Notes under the pieces: model-generated
Told to the model about the DNA's origin: nothing
What the model saw: the letters and a program-made list of their open reading frames with translations, nothing else
Database searches by the model: none
Shown here: in pieces, positions 39,394-50,438 of the stretch
How the letters are laid out: every line of letters starts with the position of its first letter
Numbering within the stretch: the first letter of the stretch is position 1
Assembly (NCBI GenBank): GCA_044451485.1
Contig: JBIOKD010000001.1
Location: forward strand, 1,836 to 65,835
Source of the DNA: Candidatus Eiseniibacteriota bacterium
GTDB taxonomy: Bacteria; Eisenbacteria; RBG-16-71-46
DNA: 64,000 nt
Direction of reading: 5' to 3'
Translations under genes and position numbers: made by a program

Positions 39394-39828
39394 ATGAAGA
39401 CGTTTTCGGCTCGCGAGGTGGACGTCCAGCGCCAGTGGCTGGTGGTCGACGCCTCCGGCAAGACCCTCGGCCGCCTCGCCAGCCAGGTCGCGACGGCGCT
39501 CAGGGGCAAGCACAAGCCCATCTACACACCGCATCTCGACACCGGGGACCACGTGGTGGTGATCAACGCCTCCCGTGTCGCGATGACCGGCGCCAAGCCG
39601 CAGGACAAGAAGTATTTCCGTCACACCATGTATCCCGGCGGTGCCTACTGGGTGACGGTCCGTGATCTCATGGACAAGCATCCGGACCGGGTGATCTCAC
39701 AGGCCGTCCGCGGCATGCTCCCGAAGACCAAACTGGGGCGTGCGATGATCAAGAAGCTGAAGGTCTACGCCGGTCCCGACCATCCGCACACCGCCCAGAA
39801 GCCGGTGATGTGGGACCCGAAGTACTGA
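39394..39828 (+). CDS. rplM: 50S ribosomal protein L13
   Basis: [30 protein letters not shown] matches the L13 signature. GGAGG RBS 6 nt upstream. Confidence 0.95.
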   Translation: MKTFSAREVDVQRQWLVVDASGKTLGRLASQVATALRGKHKPIYTPHLDTGDHVVVINASRVAMTGAKPQDKKYFRHTMYPGGAYWVTVRDLMDKHPDRVISQAVRGMLPKTKLGRAMIKKLKVYAGPDHPHTAQKPVMWDPKY

Positions 39829-39841
39829 GCCCGGGGGAAGC

Positions 39842-40240
39842 ATGTCGATCCAGACGCTGACGCGTCCGAACACCGGACGTCGCAAGGAAAGCATCGCCCG
39901 CGTGCGGCTGGTGGCCGGCACCGGCCGTCACCTGGTGAACGACCGCGCGCCGCTCGACTATCTCAAGCGCGAGTCGCTGGTCGGTCACGCCCTCCACGCG
40001 CTGGTGGTGACCAACACCGCCGGCAAGTTCGACGTGGTCGCGCGGGTCCATGGCGGGGGCTTGAGCGGCCAGGCGGGGGCGATCCGCATGGCGGTCGCTC
40101 GCGCGCTGTTGCGCGAGGACGAGACCCTCCGCGGTCAGCTCGGACGCGAGGGGCTGCTCACCCGCGACCCGCGCATGAAGGAACGCAAGAAGTACGGACA
40201 GCCGGGGGCGCGCAAGCGCTTCCAGTTCAGCAAGCGCTAG
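39842..40240 (+). CDS. rpsI: 30S ribosomal protein S9
   Basis: ...GGGLSGQAGAIRMAVARAL...KKYGQPGARKRFQFSKR matches the S9 signature. Confidence 0.95.
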   Translation: MSIQTLTRPNTGRRKESIARVRLVAGTGRHLVNDRAPLDYLKRESLVGHALHALVVTNTAGKFDVVARVHGGGLSGQAGAIRMAVARALLREDETLRGQLGREGLLTRDPRMKERKKYGQPGARKRFQFSKR

Positions 40241-40378
40241 CCGTCGCGCAAGCGGCGCGCGGGCGATCGTCATCACCATCACACACGTCCGGTCGAGGCG
40301 CCGGGGTCCGCGGTCACGAGCCGCGGTGGGCGCCCGAAGCACGTATCGGGCGGAGGCTTGAACCCCGCAGGAGGCAGT

Positions 40379-41146
40379 GTGCCGTCGATCACCATGAAGG
40401 ACCTGCTCGAAGCCGGAGTCCACTTCGGGCACCAGACGCGACGCTGGAACCCGCAGATGAAGCGCTTCATCTTCATGGAGCGCAACGGGATCTACATCAT
40501 CGACCTCCAGAAGACGCTGAAGTCGATCGAGGAGGCGAGGGCGGCGATCCAGCGCGCGGTGCGTGGCGGCGGTCACGTGTTGTTCGTGGCCACCAAGAAG
40601 CAGGCCAAGCAGATCCTCGCCGAGGACGCGGCGCGCTGCGGCCAGTTCTCGGTGACCGAGCGCTGGCTGGGCGGCATGCTCACCAACTTCAAGACCATCC
40701 GCGGCAGCATCAAGCGGTTGAAGGAGCTCGACAAGATGGCGGCCGACGGGACCTTCGAGAAGCTGTCGAAGAAGGAGGTCGCCCGTCTGCAGCGTGAGCG
40801 CGACAAGCTGGAGTTCGCGTTCTCCGGTATCAAGGAGATGCCCGGTCTCCCGTCGCTGGTGTTCGTCATCGACACCAAGAAGGAGAAGATCGCGGTGCAG
40901 GAGGCGAATCGTCTCGGCATCCCGATCGTGGGCATCGTCGACACCAACTGCGACCCCAACGTCATCGACTACCCGGTGCCCGGCAACGACGACGCGATCC
41001 GTGCCATCAAACTGTTCACGTCGCTGGTCGCCGACACCGTCACCGAGGCACGCGCCACCGCGCTCGAGGGGGTCGACCAGCAGACGGTGTCGTTCGGCGG
41101 CGAGGGCGCGCCGGGCGAGGAGGCGGCACCCAGCGTCGCGCGCTGA
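40379..41146 (+). CDS. rpsB: 30S ribosomal protein S2
   Basis: [27 protein letters not shown] matches the S2 signature. GTG at 40379 sits 5 nt after a perfect AGGAGG. Confidence 0.9.
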   Translation: MPSITMKDLLEAGVHFGHQTRRWNPQMKRFIFMERNGIYIIDLQKTLKSIEEARAAIQRAVRGGGHVLFVATKKQAKQILAEDAARCGQFSVTERWLGGMLTNFKTIRGSIKRLKELDKMAADGTFEKLSKKEVARLQRERDKLEFAFSGIKEMPGLPSLVFVIDTKKEKIAVQEANRLGIPIVGIVDTNCDPNVIDYPVPGNDDAIRAIKLFTSLVADTVTEARATALEGVDQQTVSFGGEGAPGEEAAPSVAR

Positions 41147-41230
41147 CGTCGCCCGCCATCCGAGGAGTGTCACGACGACGCCCGCCCGTGCCGAGACCGC
41201 GGGCGGGCGTTTCACCGAAGAGGAATCCAC

Positions 41231-41827
<597 letters not shown>

Positions 41828-41831
41828 CCGC

Positions 41832-42557
41832 GTGGCGGCGCGCTGGCAGCGGGTGCTGCTGAAGCTGAGCGGCGAGATCCTGGCCGGCGAGGACGGTGGC
41901 CACGGCATCCAGGAATCCGTCATCGCATCGCTCGCGGACGAGATCCGCGACGTGCACGCGCTCGGAGTCCAGGTGGCGATCGTGCTCGGCGGGGGCAACA
42001 TCTTCCGTGGTCTCGCGGCCAGCGCGCGGGGCATGGACCGGGTCGGCGCCGACTACATGGGGATGCTCGCCACCGTGATCAACAGTCTCGCGCTCCAGCA
42101 CTTCCTGGAGAAGCGTGGCTGCTACACGCGGGTCATGTCGGCCATCGAGATGGCGCGGGTGTGCGAGCCGTTCATCCGCCGGCGCGCGGTGCGTCATCTG
42201 GAGAAGAACCGCATCGTGATCCTGGCCGCGGGCACCGGGAACCCCTACTTCACCACCGACACCGCGGCGGCGTTGCGGGCGATCGAGACCGGCTCCGATG
42301 TGATCCTCAAGGGGACCAAGGTGGACGGGGTGTACAGCAGCGATCCCCTCCAGGACCCCACGGCCGAGTTCTTCCCTCACATCGGTTACATGGATATCCT
42401 GAGCCGCGGTCTCAAGGTGATGGATTCGACCGCGATCTCGCTGTGCATGGACAATCGCATTCCGCTGGTGGTGTTCGACATCCGGAGGAAGGGCAACCTG
42501 CTTCGGGTCGCGCAGGGCGAGCCCGTGGGAACCTGGGTGGGAGATCAACCGCGATGA
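41832..42557 (+). CDS. pyrH: UMP kinase
   Basis: [10 protein letters not shown]...[13 protein letters not shown] matches the UMP kinase signature. Confidence 0.95.
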   Translation: MAARWQRVLLKLSGEILAGEDGGHGIQESVIASLADEIRDVHALGVQVAIVLGGGNIFRGLAASARGMDRVGADYMGMLATVINSLALQHFLEKRGCYTRVMSAIEMARVCEPFIRRRAVRHLEKNRIVILAAGTGNPYFTTDTAAALRAIETGSDVILKGTKVDGVYSSDPLQDPTAEFFPHIGYMDILSRGLKVMDSTAISLCMDNRIPLVVFDIRRKGNLLRVAQGEPVGTWVGDQPR

Positions 42558-43111
42558 CGCAGAAGATCCTGGCGGACGCAGAGGACCGCATGAAGAAGTC
42601 GGTCGAATTCGTGCGTCAAGAGCTGTCGGGTGTCCGTACGGGCAAGGCCACTCCGGCCCTGCTCGACACGGTCCGTGTCGAGGCGTACGGCTCGCTGGTG
42701 TCGATCAAGGAGGTCGGGCAGGTGACGGCGCCCGAACCGCGGATGCTCACCGTGCAACCGTGGGACAAGTCGCTGGTCAAGGTGATCAGCCGGGCGATCC
42801 AGGCGTCGGATCTGGGTCTCAACCCCACCGACGACGGCATCCTCATCCGCATCCCGCTGCCCGTCCTGACCGAGGACCGGCGCAAGGACCTGGCGAAGCT
42901 GGTCGCGAAGTTCGCGGAGGAGGGCCGGGTGCACGTGCGACAGGTCCGGCACGACATCAACAAGGACCTGCAGCACCAGCGCAAGGACGGCTCGTTGTCG
43001 GAGGACGACGAGAAGCGTCTGCACGGCGAGGTGCAGAAGCTCACCGATCGCTACATCGCGCAGATCGACGACCTCATGAAGAAGAAGCAGGCCGAGGTCA
43101 TGGAAGTCTGA
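42554..43111 (+). CDS. frr: ribosome recycling factor
   Basis: RRF fold (...[21 protein letters not shown]...). ATGA overlap with pyrH. Confidence 0.95.
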   Translation: MTQKILADAEDRMKKSVEFVRQELSGVRTGKATPALLDTVRVEAYGSLVSIKEVGQVTAPEPRMLTVQPWDKSLVKVISRAIQASDLGLNPTDDGILIRIPLPVLTEDRRKDLAKLVAKFAEEGRVHVRQVRHDINKDLQHQRKDGSLSEDDEKRLHGEVQKLTDRYIAQIDDLMKKKQAEVMEV

Positions 43112-43116
43112 CCCGC

Positions 43117-43905
43117 GTGGCGCCGGTGGTCGACCCGGCGCGCGCCCCGCCCGAGGTCCCCGTGTCCAGCCGCACTCCGACGCCGGCCGAGCTGATCGCG
43201 CGTGGCAACGTGCCGCGTCACGTCGCCATCATCATGGACGGCAACGGGCGATGGGCGAAGGCGCGTGGTGTGCCGCGTCTGATGGGGCACCGCGCCGGTC
43301 GTGAATCGGTGCGCGACGTGGTGCGAGGTTGTGTCGAGCTCGGGGTCGAGGTGCTGACGCTGTACACCTTCTCGACCGAGAACTGGAACCGGCCGCCGGG
43401 AGAGGTGCGGGCGCTGATGGCGATCCTGCGTCAGACCCTGCGTCAGGAGCGGCGCGAGCTGCGCGATCGCAACGTGCGTCTCCAGGTGATCGGCCGGCGC
43501 GACGACCTGCCCCGCGAGGTGATCCGGGCGATCGAGGAGACCCAGGACTACCTTTCCACCTCCACCGGTCTGTTGCTCACCCTCGCCCTGTCGTACAGCG
43601 GTCGCACCGAGATCGTCGACGCGATGCGCCGGATGCTGGCCGATCAGCGCCGGGACGGGTTCGATCCGGGCTCGGTCGACGAAGCCCTGGTGTCGTCCTA
43701 TCTGTACACGGCCGGGCTGCCCGATCCCGATCTTCTCATCCGCACCAGCGGCGAGATGCGGGTGTCGAACTTCCTGCTCTGGCAGCTCGCCTACACCGAG
43801 TTCTGGATGACCGACACGCTGTGGCCGGATTTCCGCAGACGGCACCTGTTCCAGGCGGTCGCGGACTTCCAGGCCCGCGAGCGCCGGTTCGGACGGACGG
43901 ATTGA
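43117..43905 (+). CDS. uppS: isoprenyl transferase (undecaprenyl diphosphate synthase)
   Basis: PRHVAIIMDGNGRWA...LTLYTFSTENWNRP...RTSGEMRVSNFLLWQ matches the UppS signature. A GTG start at 43117 or 43162 is preferred over the ORF start at 42760. Confidence 0.9.
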   Translation: MAPVVDPARAPPEVPVSSRTPTPAELIARGNVPRHVAIIMDGNGRWAKARGVPRLMGHRAGRESVRDVVRGCVELGVEVLTLYTFSTENWNRPPGEVRALMAILRQTLRQERRELRDRNVRLQVIGRRDDLPREVIRAIEETQDYLSTSTGLLLTLALSYSGRTEIVDAMRRMLADQRRDGFDPGSVDEALVSSYLYTAGLPDPDLLIRTSGEMRVSNFLLWQLAYTEFWMTDTLWPDFRRRHLFQAVADFQARERRFGRTD

Positions 43906-43906
43906 G

Positions 43907-44818
43907 GTGAGCGGCGTCGTGGCTCCCGCCGGCGGCGCGCCCGACGGGCCGGCTCCGGTGTCCGACACCGGACCCAAGCGCTCGTCGTGGTCCCTGGCGC
44001 TCAGGGTGGCGAGCGGGGTGGTGTTCGTGCCCCTGCTGGTGCTGCTCGCGTTGGTGGGCGGCCTGCCGTTCTGGACGTTCGTGGCCATGGAAGTGACCGC
44101 CGGCCTGGTCGAGTTCTACCGCATGATGCGGAGCCGCGGTCTGCGACCCTACCGGCGGCTCGGCATCGCCTCGGCGGTGGCGTTGTTGTGGGTGTGCTAC
44201 CGGCCCCAGACCCCACACGTCGCCCTGCTGCTGACCGGCACCCTGCTCCTGGTGCTGGGTCTCGAGCTCAGACGGCCGGAGGCGACGCGACGCGTCGAGG
44301 ACATCGCGGTGACCTGCTTCGGTGTCTTGTACGTCGGCTGGCTCAGCGCCCACCTGGTGCTGCTGCGCGAGCTGCCGTGGCGGGCGGGGACCACGTACGC
44401 CGACGGCTCGCGTTACGTGCTGCTGGCGTTCTGGCTCACCTGGTGCTGCGACACCGGTGCCTACACGATCGGTCGGGTGATGGGTCGCAACCGGCCGTGG
44501 GCTCGGATCTCGCCACGCAAGTCGGTCGAGGGCTCGATCGGCGGCTTCGCGGCGGCGATCCTCGCGGGTCTGGTCGCACGCACCTGGTTCGCGCCCTTCC
44601 TCGCGGTGCGCGACGCGCTGGTGCTGGGAGCCATGGTCGGGTTGTTCGCGCAAGTGGGCGACCTGGTCGAATCGCTGCTCAAACGCGACGCCGGTCACGG
44701 CGACTCGTCGGAGCTGATCCCGGGTCACGGTGGCATCCTGGACCGCTTCGACAGTCTCCTGTTCGGGGCCCCCGCGGTCTACTACTACCTGCTGCTGGTC
44801 GTGTTCCGGGTGCCGTGA
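43907..44818 (+). CDS. cdsA: phosphatidate cytidylyltransferase
   Basis: C-terminal CTP_transf_1 signature ...SVEGSIGGFAAAIL...DSSELIPGHGGILDRFDSLLF. Multiple TM helices. Confidence 0.85.
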   Translation: MSGVVAPAGGAPDGPAPVSDTGPKRSSWSLALRVASGVVFVPLLVLLALVGGLPFWTFVAMEVTAGLVEFYRMMRSRGLRPYRRLGIASAVALLWVCYRPQTPHVALLLTGTLLLVLGLELRRPEATRRVEDIAVTCFGVLYVGWLSAHLVLLRELPWRAGTTYADGSRYVLLAFWLTWCCDTGAYTIGRVMGRNRPWARISPRKSVEGSIGGFAAAILAGLVARTWFAPFLAVRDALVLGAMVGLFAQVGDLVESLLKRDAGHGDSSELIPGHGGILDRFDSLLFGAPAVYYYLLLVVFRVP

Positions 44819-45966
44819 TCCGTCTCGCGGTGCTCGGGGCGACCGGCTCGATCGGCCGCCAGACGCTCGAGGTCGCGGCCCGCGAGCGGGAGCGTCTCCA
44901 GGTGGTGGCGCTCGCCGCGGGCCGGGATCGGGACGGACTCGCCGCGGCAGCCCGGACCTGGCGTCCGCGCGCCCTGGCGCTCGAGCACGCCGCCGATCCG
45001 GCGGCGGCGCGCGGGGCACTCCTCGACGCGTGTCCGGGTGCCGAGGTGTGGATCGGGCCGGACAGCGCCGCACGTCTGGTCGAAGCCACCGCGTGCGACA
45101 CGGTGGTGAACGGCATCGTCGGCGCCGCCGGTCTGGCGGCATCGCTCGCGTGTCTCGCACGCGGCGCGCGTCTGGCGCTGGCCAACAAGGAGACGCTGGT
45201 GGTGGGTGGGCCGCTGGTGCGCGCGGCCCTCGCGCGTGGCGGGACCCTGGTCCCGGTCGACAGCGAGCACAGCGCGGCGCTGCTGTGTCTCGGCGGGCGG
45301 CCGAGTGACGAGGTCGCGTGTCTCACCCTGACCGCCTCGGGTGGACCGCTGCGCGGTCATCCCGACTGGCGGCGGGCCACGCGCTCCGAGGTGCTGGCGC
45401 ATCCGGTGTGGGCCATGGGGCCACGCATCACCACCGATTCGGCGCTGCTCGTCAACAAGGCGCTCGAGCTCATCGAGGCATGCGCCCTGTTCGGGCTCGG
45501 TTGGGACCAGGTGGACGCGGTGATCCATCCCCAGGCGCGGGTCCACGCCATGGCGTCGTTCACCGACGGGGCGATGGTGGTGCAGGCGGCGCCGGCCGAC
45601 ATGCGGTTGCCGATCCAGCTCGCGCTCAGCTGGCCGGAGCACTGGGGCGCGGCCACCACGCCGCTCGCCCCCGCGGCCCTGGCCGGTCTCACCTTCGAGC
45701 CCATCCCATCCGGTGTCCATCCGGCCTACGATCTGGGCATCGCCGCCGGTCGCGCCGGAGGGACGGCACCATGTGTCTTCAATGCCGCCGACGAGATCGC
45801 GGTGGCGCGCTTCCTCGACGGCGTGATACCGCTCGGCGCGGTGCCGGAGATGATCGCGGCGGTGCTGGAGCGTCACGATCCGCGCCCGGTCGAGTCGTTC
45901 GAGCAGCTCCGGGTGGTGGACGCGTGGGCGCGTGCCGAGACCGAGCGACGGGTGGCGGCGCGATGA
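44815..45966 (+). CDS. dxr: 1-deoxy-D-xylulose 5-phosphate reductoisomerase
   Basis: LGATGSIGRQTL NADPH-binding motif; ...LANKETLVVGG...VDSEHSA... GTGA overlap with cdsA. Confidence 0.9.
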   Translation: MIRLAVLGATGSIGRQTLEVAARERERLQVVALAAGRDRDGLAAAARTWRPRALALEHAADPAAARGALLDACPGAEVWIGPDSAARLVEATACDTVVNGIVGAAGLAASLACLARGARLALANKETLVVGGPLVRAALARGGTLVPVDSEHSAALLCLGGRPSDEVACLTLTASGGPLRGHPDWRRATRSEVLAHPVWAMGPRITTDSALLVNKALELIEACALFGLGWDQVDAVIHPQARVHAMASFTDGAMVVQAAPADMRLPIQLALSWPEHWGAATTPLAPAALAGLTFEPIPSGVHPAYDLGIAAGRAGGTAPCVFNAADEIAVARFLDGVIPLGAVPEMIAAVLERHDPRPVESFEQLRVVDAWARAETERRVAAR

Positions 45967-46982
45967 GCGCGCCGGTGCTGGCGGTGCGTCTGCGCGCGCT
46001 CGGTGACGTGGTGCTCGCCACCCCGGCGCTGCGCGCGTTGCGACGCGGACATCCCGACGCACCCCTCGACGTGGTCACCGACCCGCGCTACGCACCGCTC
46101 CTCGCCGGTCTGCCCTACGTGCGCCGGGTGCACGCACTCGGTCGTGGCGACGCCGACGCGTGGCTCCTCGCGCGCCGGTTGCGTCGCGAGCGCTACGCCT
46201 GGGCGGTGGACCTGTTCGGCAATCCACGCAGCGCGCTGCTGGTGGCGCTGGCCGGCGCCACCCGCACCGCCGGATACGACCTGCGTGGACGCCGGCACGC
46301 GTACGCGGTCCGTGTCCCGGTCGAGCCGGCGCGGGCGGACGGACGGCGCGAGTACGCCGCCGCGGTGCACGTGCGTTTGGCGGAGGCCGCCGGTGGCGTG
46401 CCGGACGGTCTGCACACCGACGTGGCGCTCGACGACGCGGCGCGGGCCGCGGGGCTCACGCTGCTCGAGCGTGCCGGGGTGCGCGAGCCTCGACGCGCGG
46501 TGGCGGTGGTCGCCGCGGGCACTTGGCCCACCAAGACCTGGCCGGTGTCGGAATCCGCACGGCTCGCGCGTCGTCTGATCGGCGCCGGTTGGGAGGCGCT
46601 GCTGGTCTCGGCGCCGGGTGAGGAGGCGGTGCGCGATACCCTGCGCGCGCTCGTGCCGCGGATCGCGGTGCTGCCGGACTGCGACGTGCGTGGCATGGCC
46701 GCCAGTCTGGCGCCGCTCGCCGGGCTGGTCGGCACCGACAGTGGACCACGACACGTCGCGGCCGCGCTCGGTCTGCCCACGTTCGCCTGGTTCGGACCCA
46801 CCCACCCCGACACCTGGCAGCCGCCGGGTGAACGTCACGGGTTCTGGCAGGCGCCGCTGCCGTGCGCGGGTTGCGATCGCACCCGCTGCCCGCACTGGAA
46901 CTGTCTGCCGGGTCTGGACGGGGAGCGCGCCGCCGATCTGGTGCTCGCGCACCTGGCGCGTCATGCCGACGGCCGCGGGTGA
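45963..46982 (+). CDS. glycosyltransferase family 9 (ADP-heptose:LPS heptosyltransferase-like)
   Basis: LRALGDVVLATPALRAL (GT9 N-terminus)...GTDSGPRHVAAALGLPTFAWFGPT (C-terminus). ATGA overlap with dxr. It is inserted within the otherwise conserved dxr-rseP cluster. Confidence 0.75.
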   Translation: MSAPVLAVRLRALGDVVLATPALRALRRGHPDAPLDVVTDPRYAPLLAGLPYVRRVHALGRGDADAWLLARRLRRERYAWAVDLFGNPRSALLVALAGATRTAGYDLRGRRHAYAVRVPVEPARADGRREYAAAVHVRLAEAAGGVPDGLHTDVALDDAARAAGLTLLERAGVREPRRAVAVVAAGTWPTKTWPVSESARLARRLIGAGWEALLVSAPGEEAVRDTLRALVPRIAVLPDCDVRGMAASLAPLAGLVGTDSGPRHVAAALGLPTFAWFGPTHPDTWQPPGERHGFWQAPLPCAGCDRTRCPHWNCLPGLDGERAADLVLAHLARHADGRG

Positions 46983-47063
46983 GGCCGATGCGGACGAGGC
47001 TCGGGAGCGGGGGGCGACGTGCCGATAATCCATGGACCACGACCGGCCACCGGTGCCACCGGC

Positions 47064-47092
47064 TTGACGCTCCCCAGGTCGCGGGTTAGCCT
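47064..47092 (+). promoter_or_regulatory. candidate promoter for rseP operon: TTGACG, 17-nt spacer, TAGCCT
   Basis: Hexamers read by eye; same TTGACx-N17-TAGsyT architecture as the rplM candidate. Confidence 0.3.
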
Positions 47093-47123
47093 CCGCAAGC
47101 CCCTTAGCCCATAAGGAGTTGCC

Positions 47124-48494
47124 GTGGTCTGGTCGTACATCGTGCCTGGAGTCGTACTGCTCGGTCTCGTCATATTCGTGCACGAGCTGGGCCACTTCCT
47201 CGCCGCCAAGTGGCGCGGGGTGCGGGTACTCCGTTTCTCGTTGGGATTCGGGCCGGCGATGGTCAAGATCCAGCGCCGGGAGACCGAGTACCGGATCGCG
47301 TGGATCCCGCTCGGTGGCTACGTCCAGATGGCGGGGGACAGCCCCGACGAAGACGGGCACATGCCCGAACGCGAGGACGAGTTCCTCTCGCACCCGCCGC
47401 TGGGACGCATCGTCATCGCCGCGGCGGGTCCGTTCATGAACCTGGTCACGGCGTTCGTGGTGCTGGTGGTGGTCGCGTGGAGCGGGGTGAGCTTCCCGGA
47501 CTACCCGAACCGGCTCGGGGTCACGCCCGACACCAGCGTGGCCTACCGGGCGGGTCTGCGCGAGGGCGACCGCATCACCGCGGTGGCGGGTCAGCCGGTC
47601 ACGAGCTGGGTGCCGATCTTCGTGATCAACGACGACCTGCGTCACGACCGGCCCCTCACGCTCGAGATCCGGCGCGGCGACTCGAGCTTCGCAGTGACGG
47701 TGGGGCCCGAAGGACGCGAGCCGCTGCTCTCGAGTCTGCGACGTCCGTCGGATCCGCCGATCGTGGGCAACGTGGTGACCGGTATGCCCGCGTACAAGGC
47801 CGGCATGAAGGAGGGCGACCGGATCGTGGCGGTCGACGGTGTCCCGGTCTCCAACTGGGACCAGCTGATCCCCGACTTCCACGGCCGGGTCGACCGGCCC
47901 GTTCCGGTGACGGTGGTGCGCGACGGCCAGCGCTTCACCCTGACCGTGACTCCCATCGATCCGAGCGGCGCGCGTGACGGCAAGGAGGGCCGGATCGGCA
48001 TCGAGCCGCCGGTGCACGGTCTGTACGTGGAGCGTCACCCGCTGCTGGAGTCGATCGACATCGGCTGGCGCGCCACCGGCGAGGCCATTCTGAGCGTGTA
48101 CGGTGGCATGTGGCTCACGGTGAGCCGGCCGCTCTACTACCGCGAGTATCTGGGTGGACCCATCTTCATCGCCCAGGCGGCGAGCGAGCAGGCGCGCCGT
48201 GGCATGGATTCGTACCTCCGCTTCCTCGCCATGATCAACATCGCGATCATGGCCTTCAATCTGCTCCCCATCCCGGTGCTCGACGGCGGGCACATCGTGT
48301 GGGCGCTGGTCCAGATCGTGGCGCGCCGGTCGCTGTCCGCGGCCGGCTACATCCGTTACCAGAAGGTCGGTCTGGTGGTGGTGGGAACCCTGCTGCTGCT
48401 CATCCTCGCCAACGATCCGCTGCGTCTGGTGCAGCGGCAACGCGCGCTCGACAAGGCTCCCCAGGGGGGGCATGTTGCTCCGGGTCCGCCCTGA
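47124..48494 (+). CDS. rseP: RIP metalloprotease RseP (site-2 protease)
   Basis: HELGHFLAAK HExxH is present in TM1. PDZ domains and the LDG motif NLLPIPVLDGGH are also present. GTG start with an AAGGAG RBS. Confidence 0.9.
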   Translation: MVWSYIVPGVVLLGLVIFVHELGHFLAAKWRGVRVLRFSLGFGPAMVKIQRRETEYRIAWIPLGGYVQMAGDSPDEDGHMPEREDEFLSHPPLGRIVIAAAGPFMNLVTAFVVLVVVAWSGVSFPDYPNRLGVTPDTSVAYRAGLREGDRITAVAGQPVTSWVPIFVINDDLRHDRPLTLEIRRGDSSFAVTVGPEGREPLLSSLRRPSDPPIVGNVVTGMPAYKAGMKEGDRIVAVDGVPVSNWDQLIPDFHGRVDRPVPVTVVRDGQRFTLTVTPIDPSGARDGKEGRIGIEPPVHGLYVERHPLLESIDIGWRATGEAILSVYGGMWLTVSRPLYYREYLGGPIFIAQAASEQARRGMDSYLRFLAMINIAIMAFNLLPIPVLDGGHIVWALVQIVARRSLSAAGYIRYQKVGLVVVGTLLLLILANDPLRLVQRQRALDKAPQGGHVAPGPP

Positions 48495-50427
48495 GGGCGC
48501 ACCCCTCACGCGTGGCATCGTGCTGCTCCTCGGGCTCGCCGTCGCGGCGTCCGCCGCCCGTGCCCAGGAGGAGTTGTTGCAGGAGCTCCGATCGGTGCAC
48601 CACGTCGGCATCGTCGGCAATCGGCACGTCGGCGACCGTGAGCTCCGGGACGTGCTCAAGACCCACTCGCGTGGCCGGTGGCCGTGGTCCGAGCGACCCC
48701 CGCTGCGGATCGACTTCCTGCGCGCCGACACCACGTCGCTGTGCTCCTACTACCGGCACCTCGGGTATCTCGACGCGCACGCCGAGTGGCGCTTCCTCCC
48801 GCGTCGCGATCCCAACGAGGTGGATGTCGAGTTCCAGGTCGACGAGGGGGGGCGCACCGACATCGGCACCGTGACCCTGGTGATGTCGCGCAGCGATCTC
48901 GACCACGAGATCCGCAAGCATCTCTACGCGCGTCCCCGGCGGCCCTTCGATCCGGCCTTCCTGCAGCTCGACACGCTGGTCATCTCGTCGATCTACCAGG
49001 ACCACGGTTATCGTCCGCATGTGTTCGCGTCGTCGCGTCTGGACAGCGCCCGGCGGATCGCGAGTATCCGCTACGACGTGCTCGAGGGCCCGATCTACCA
49101 GGTGGGGGACGTCTACGTCTCCGGTTACAACCGGGTGCCCGAGCGACTCATCACCCGCGAGCTGCTCATCCACCGTGGTGACACCTACAGCCGCGACAAG
49201 ATGAAGCGCTCGCAGGAGCGGCTGTACGACACCGGTCTCTTCGACCAGGTCCAGATCACCACTCTGCCCGACTCCACCCAGACGCTGGTCGAGTACGACC
49301 TGCGGGTGCGCGAGCGCAAGTCGCGCTGGATCGAGGCCGCGGTGGGGAGTGGCACCGACGAGCGCTTCCGGCTGACCGCGAGCTGGGGCCACCGGAACCT
49401 GTTCCAGCGTGGCATGCAGTCGGCGGTCACCGGTCTGGTCTCGCTCTACGGGACCGGCGAGCTGCAACGCGCGCGTCTGGACTACTCGCTGGTGGAGCCG
49501 TGGCTGTTCCGCACCCGCACCCGTGGCCAGATCGCCCCGTTCGCGGAGCTCAAGCACGACCGCTCCGATCCACGCTGGGTGAACAATCAGCGCTTCGTCG
49601 GGTTCAACGTGGTGGTGCACCGCGACCTGAACCGGTGGACCCAGACGGCGCTCACCTTCCAGAACGTGTGGGCGCAACAGGAGCTCGAGTTCCTGCAGAC
49701 CCTCGATCCGGTCACGCTGGACTCGGTGACCGCCAACACCCTGCCACACTATCGCACCCATCTGCTCCAGCTGTCGTTCGGACGCGACACCCGTGACAGT
49801 CCGATCGTCACCACCCGCGGCTCCGCGATGTACGTGCTGGGCGAGCTCGCCGGCGGGCCGCTCGGCGGCAACACCAACTACACCAAAGCCGAGTTGGTCC
49901 CGGCGTGGTACACGCCGACCCGGAGATTCATCGTCGCCACCCGGGTGCGGGCCGGCGTCATGGCGCCGTTCAAGGAGACCACCGCGATCAGCCCCGGCGA
50001 GGATCCGCGGGTGGCCGCGATTCCGCTCGAGAACCGCTTCCGGGTCGGTGGCGTGAACTCGGTGCGTGGCTACGCCGAGAACACCATCCCGCCGACCGGT
50101 GGTCTGTCGGTGCTGCTCGGAACGGTCGAGCTGCGCGCGCCGCTGGCCCAGATCAGCAAGCTCGGCTCGATCGGAGTGGAGCTGTTCGTGGACGCCGGCA
50201 ACGTCTGGACCCGACCCGGCGCGATGCGGATCGGAAACCTCGCCCCGACGGTGAGCCGAACCCCGCTGGGGGGGGACGACGTCCGATGGGTGTTCGGGGT
50301 CGGTCCCCGGCTGGAGACCCCGATCGGGCCGCTGCGCTTCGACTGGTCCTGGAATTTCCGTCCGGTGACCGATGTCCGTGGCTACCTGGTACCGGTCTTG
50401 CAATTCGCCATCGGACCCTCATTCTGA
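48472..50427 (+). CDS. Omp85-family outer membrane protein assembly factor (BamA positional ortholog with reduced POTRA count, TamA-like size)
   Basis: 651 aa. Signal peptide, about three POTRA repeats, C-terminal 16-strand barrel motifs (...VNSVRGY...LRAPL...ELFVDAGNVW...), terminal Phe. Located after rseP as bamA is in many genomes. Confidence 0.85.
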   Translation: MLLRVRPEGAPLTRGIVLLLGLAVAASAARAQEELLQELRSVHHVGIVGNRHVGDRELRDVLKTHSRGRWPWSERPPLRIDFLRADTTSLCSYYRHLGYLDAHAEWRFLPRRDPNEVDVEFQVDEGGRTDIGTVTLVMSRSDLDHEIRKHLYARPRRPFDPAFLQLDTLVISSIYQDHGYRPHVFASSRLDSARRIASIRYDVLEGPIYQVGDVYVSGYNRVPERLITRELLIHRGDTYSRDKMKRSQERLYDTGLFDQVQITTLPDSTQTLVEYDLRVRERKSRWIEAAVGSGTDERFRLTASWGHRNLFQRGMQSAVTGLVSLYGTGELQRARLDYSLVEPWLFRTRTRGQIAPFAELKHDRSDPRWVNNQRFVGFNVVVHRDLNRWTQTALTFQNVWAQQELEFLQTLDPVTLDSVTANTLPHYRTHLLQLSFGRDTRDSPIVTTRGSAMYVLGELAGGPLGGNTNYTKAELVPAWYTPTRRFIVATRVRAGVMAPFKETTAISPGEDPRVAAIPLENRFRVGGVNSVRGYAENTIPPTGGLSVLLGTVELRAPLAQISKLGSIGVELFVDAGNVWTRPGAMRIGNLAPTVSRTPLGGDDVRWVFGVGPRLETPIGPLRFDWSWNFRPVTDVRGYLVPVLQFAIGPSF

Positions 50428-50438
50428 TTCACGATCCC